From: Candidatus Saccharimonadota bacterium
Lineage (GTDB): Archaea > Nanohalarchaeota > Nanosalinia > Nanosalinales > Nanosalinaceae
Assembly: GCF_029232205.1 (NCBI RefSeq)
Contig: NZ_CP107255.1
Coordinates: 270,001-302,000, forward strand
Length of the DNA stretch: 32,000 bases
Direction of reading: 5' to 3'
Both the position numbers and the translations under genes were made by a program. The notes under the pieces were generated by a model. The model saw only the letters and a list, made by a program, of their open reading frames with translations, was not told where the DNA came from and ran no database searches. The first letter of the stretch is position 1. The number at the start of each line of letters is the position of its first letter. Below, piece by piece: positions 30,810-32,000 of this stretch.

Positions 30810-31493
30810 ATGCCGGAAGAAATATACAGAGACCCAGAGACTTATGTCGAGAAAAGGTATAGCTCGACTGGCGGAAGAAAGGTTTTGGAAAGGCAGAACA
30901 GGAATTTTGAGGAGCTTCTTGAAGGCCTTGGTGCCGAGCCTGGTGATAGTGTTCTTGAGCTTGGTTCTGGGCCGGCTTTGCTTTCAGAGTATCTTGACGA
31001 GTATGATTCTGTAGGTGCGGATATTGAGCAGGAGCCTCTTCAGGTTGCTGTTGATAGTGGCCGTGTTGAGGATGCCGTTCGTGTTGATGCCCACAGACTT
31101 CCTTTCAGGGATGATGCGTTTGACTATGTGGTTGCGCCACGGCTTTTCCATCTCGTTGGCGATGAAGAAGATGTTGTGGATGAGATGAATCGTGTTGCGG
31201 AGGAAGGTTTTGTATTTGATGTTTTCAGCGAGTCAAGCGGTCGTAAAGTATACAATAACAGGATGTCGAAGCACAGCAGCTATATGCCTGCTGACAGCAC
31301 TCTTCACAGTGATGAGGAAGTTGAGAGTTGGCTTGAAGGCCTTGATTTTGAAGTTCAGAGCGACTTTCCGATTCCTTTCGGAGCCTACAGAGAGTCTGAG
31401 TCTGAACTGTTTACTGATGCTGTTGAGAAGATGCAGGATGCTTTTTCCGGCTCTCTCGACTCGGTAGTTTACTTCGGCGTAGAATCGGAGTAG
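30810..31493 (+). CDS. Class I SAM-dependent methyltransferase
   Basis: Motif I VLELGSGPA, followed by an acidic post-I residue (VGADIE) and motif-II-like FDYVVAP. Confidence 0.7.
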   Translation: MPEEIYRDPETYVEKRYSSTGGRKVLERQNRNFEELLEGLGAEPGDSVLELGSGPALLSEYLDEYDSVGADIEQEPLQVAVDSGRVEDAVRVDAHRLPFRDDAFDYVVAPRLFHLVGDEEDVVDEMNRVAEEGFVFDVFSESSGRKVYNNRMSKHSSYMPADSTLHSDEEVESWLEGLDFEVQSDFPIPFGAYRESESELFTDAVEKMQDAFSGSLDSVVYFGVESE

Positions 31494-31601
31494 TTTTTCT
31501 TTGTAGATAGAATAGAAATGAAAGAGAAATGTTTGAGGGTTTTAATCCTCTTCAATTCGTGACGAAGCATCAGGAGATGCTTCTTAGAGCATGCGAAGAA
31601 G

Positions 31602-32000
31602 CTAATCTTCTTCGATGCGTGGTGCCAGTACAAAGCTTAGGTTGGCTTCGTCTGGGATTGTGAATTCCAGTCTTACTGGGAATTCGTCGGCCATTTTGAC
31701 GGTTACTGTGTCGCTTAGTTTCTTTGCGCCGATCATTTTGGACAGGTAGTCGAGGCTGAACATGGATTTGGCCTCTTCTCCTGATAGCTCGATTACGCCG
31801 TCTGAGTCCTCTGTGATCTTGAAGTCTACGTCGGACTGGTCTCCCTCAGCTACTATCTCGATCCTATCCTTGGAGGCTGTTACTGTTACTGAGTCTGAGA
31901 CTACCATTGCGTCTTTGATTGCGCTCTCCAGTACGTCGGTCTCAAGTTCTCCTTCGAATGTGAATTCAAGTTGGTCTGTTGATGGAATGTCGTCCTCTGA
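31602..32000 (-). CDS. pcn: PCNA sliding clamp; 5' end outside the window
   Basis: The frame is open to coordinate 32000: SEDDIPSTDQLEFTFEGELETDVLESAIKDAMVVSDSVTV... The C-terminus is MADEFPVRLEFTIPDEANLSFVLAPRIEED. The track's ATG at 31907 is internal. Confidence 0.85.
   Translation of the reverse strand, partial: SEDDIPSTDQLEFTFEGELETDVLESAIKDAMVVSDSVTVTASKDRIEIVAEGDQSDVDFKITEDSDGVIELSGEEAKSMFSLDYLSKMIGAKKLSDTVTVKMADEFPVRLEFTIPDEANLSFVLAPRIEED

Noticed and set aside
1-32000. Search for tRNA, rRNA, CRISPR arrays, transposases or integrases, and defence-system hallmarks
   Set aside because: No intergenic region is long or GC-rich enough to hold a tRNA cloverleaf. There are no regularly spaced direct repeats with unique spacers, and no recombinase, nuclease or ATPase defence-type ORFs. 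All spacers outside the giant gene are under about 170 bp.

Overview
This looks like an archaeal chromosome segment. Supporting genes are L7Ae-S28e-L24e, L44e-S27e-aIF2alpha-Nop10, RpoK-enolase-S2, aIF5B, PCNA, a PriS-type primase, GINS and NreA. The predicted proteins are strongly acidic, with D/E-rich tails and linkers. The DNA is moderately AT-rich, genes sit 0-20 nt apart or overlap by 4 nt, and the primase is a single fused chain. Together this suggests a small-genome halophilic DPANN-type archaeon such as a nanohaloarchaeon; that is inference and cannot be verified here.

Layout:
(i) 1-12941, minus strand. One uninterrupted reading frame of at least 4313 codons runs off the left edge. 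It is missing from the supplied ORF track, presumably because it has no stop codon inside the window. It encodes a giant secreted or surface protein built from beta-propeller-like blades, several families of tandem modules, many Ig-like domains and a C-type-lectin-like segment.
(ii) 13064-17833, plus strand, divergent from (i). A 1249-aa sequon-rich type I membrane protein with an internal duplication, followed by a 326-aa polytopic membrane protein.
(iii) 17830-32000. Tightly packed housekeeping, translation and replication genes, nearly all on the minus strand.

Four conserved small genes below the track's size cutoff (L24e, S28e, RpoK, Nop10) were recovered by hand translation. I found no tRNA, rRNA, CRISPR array, transposase or integrase. 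The most interesting candidate is the divergent surface-protein island at 1-17833, plausibly a cell-cell or host-contact apparatus.
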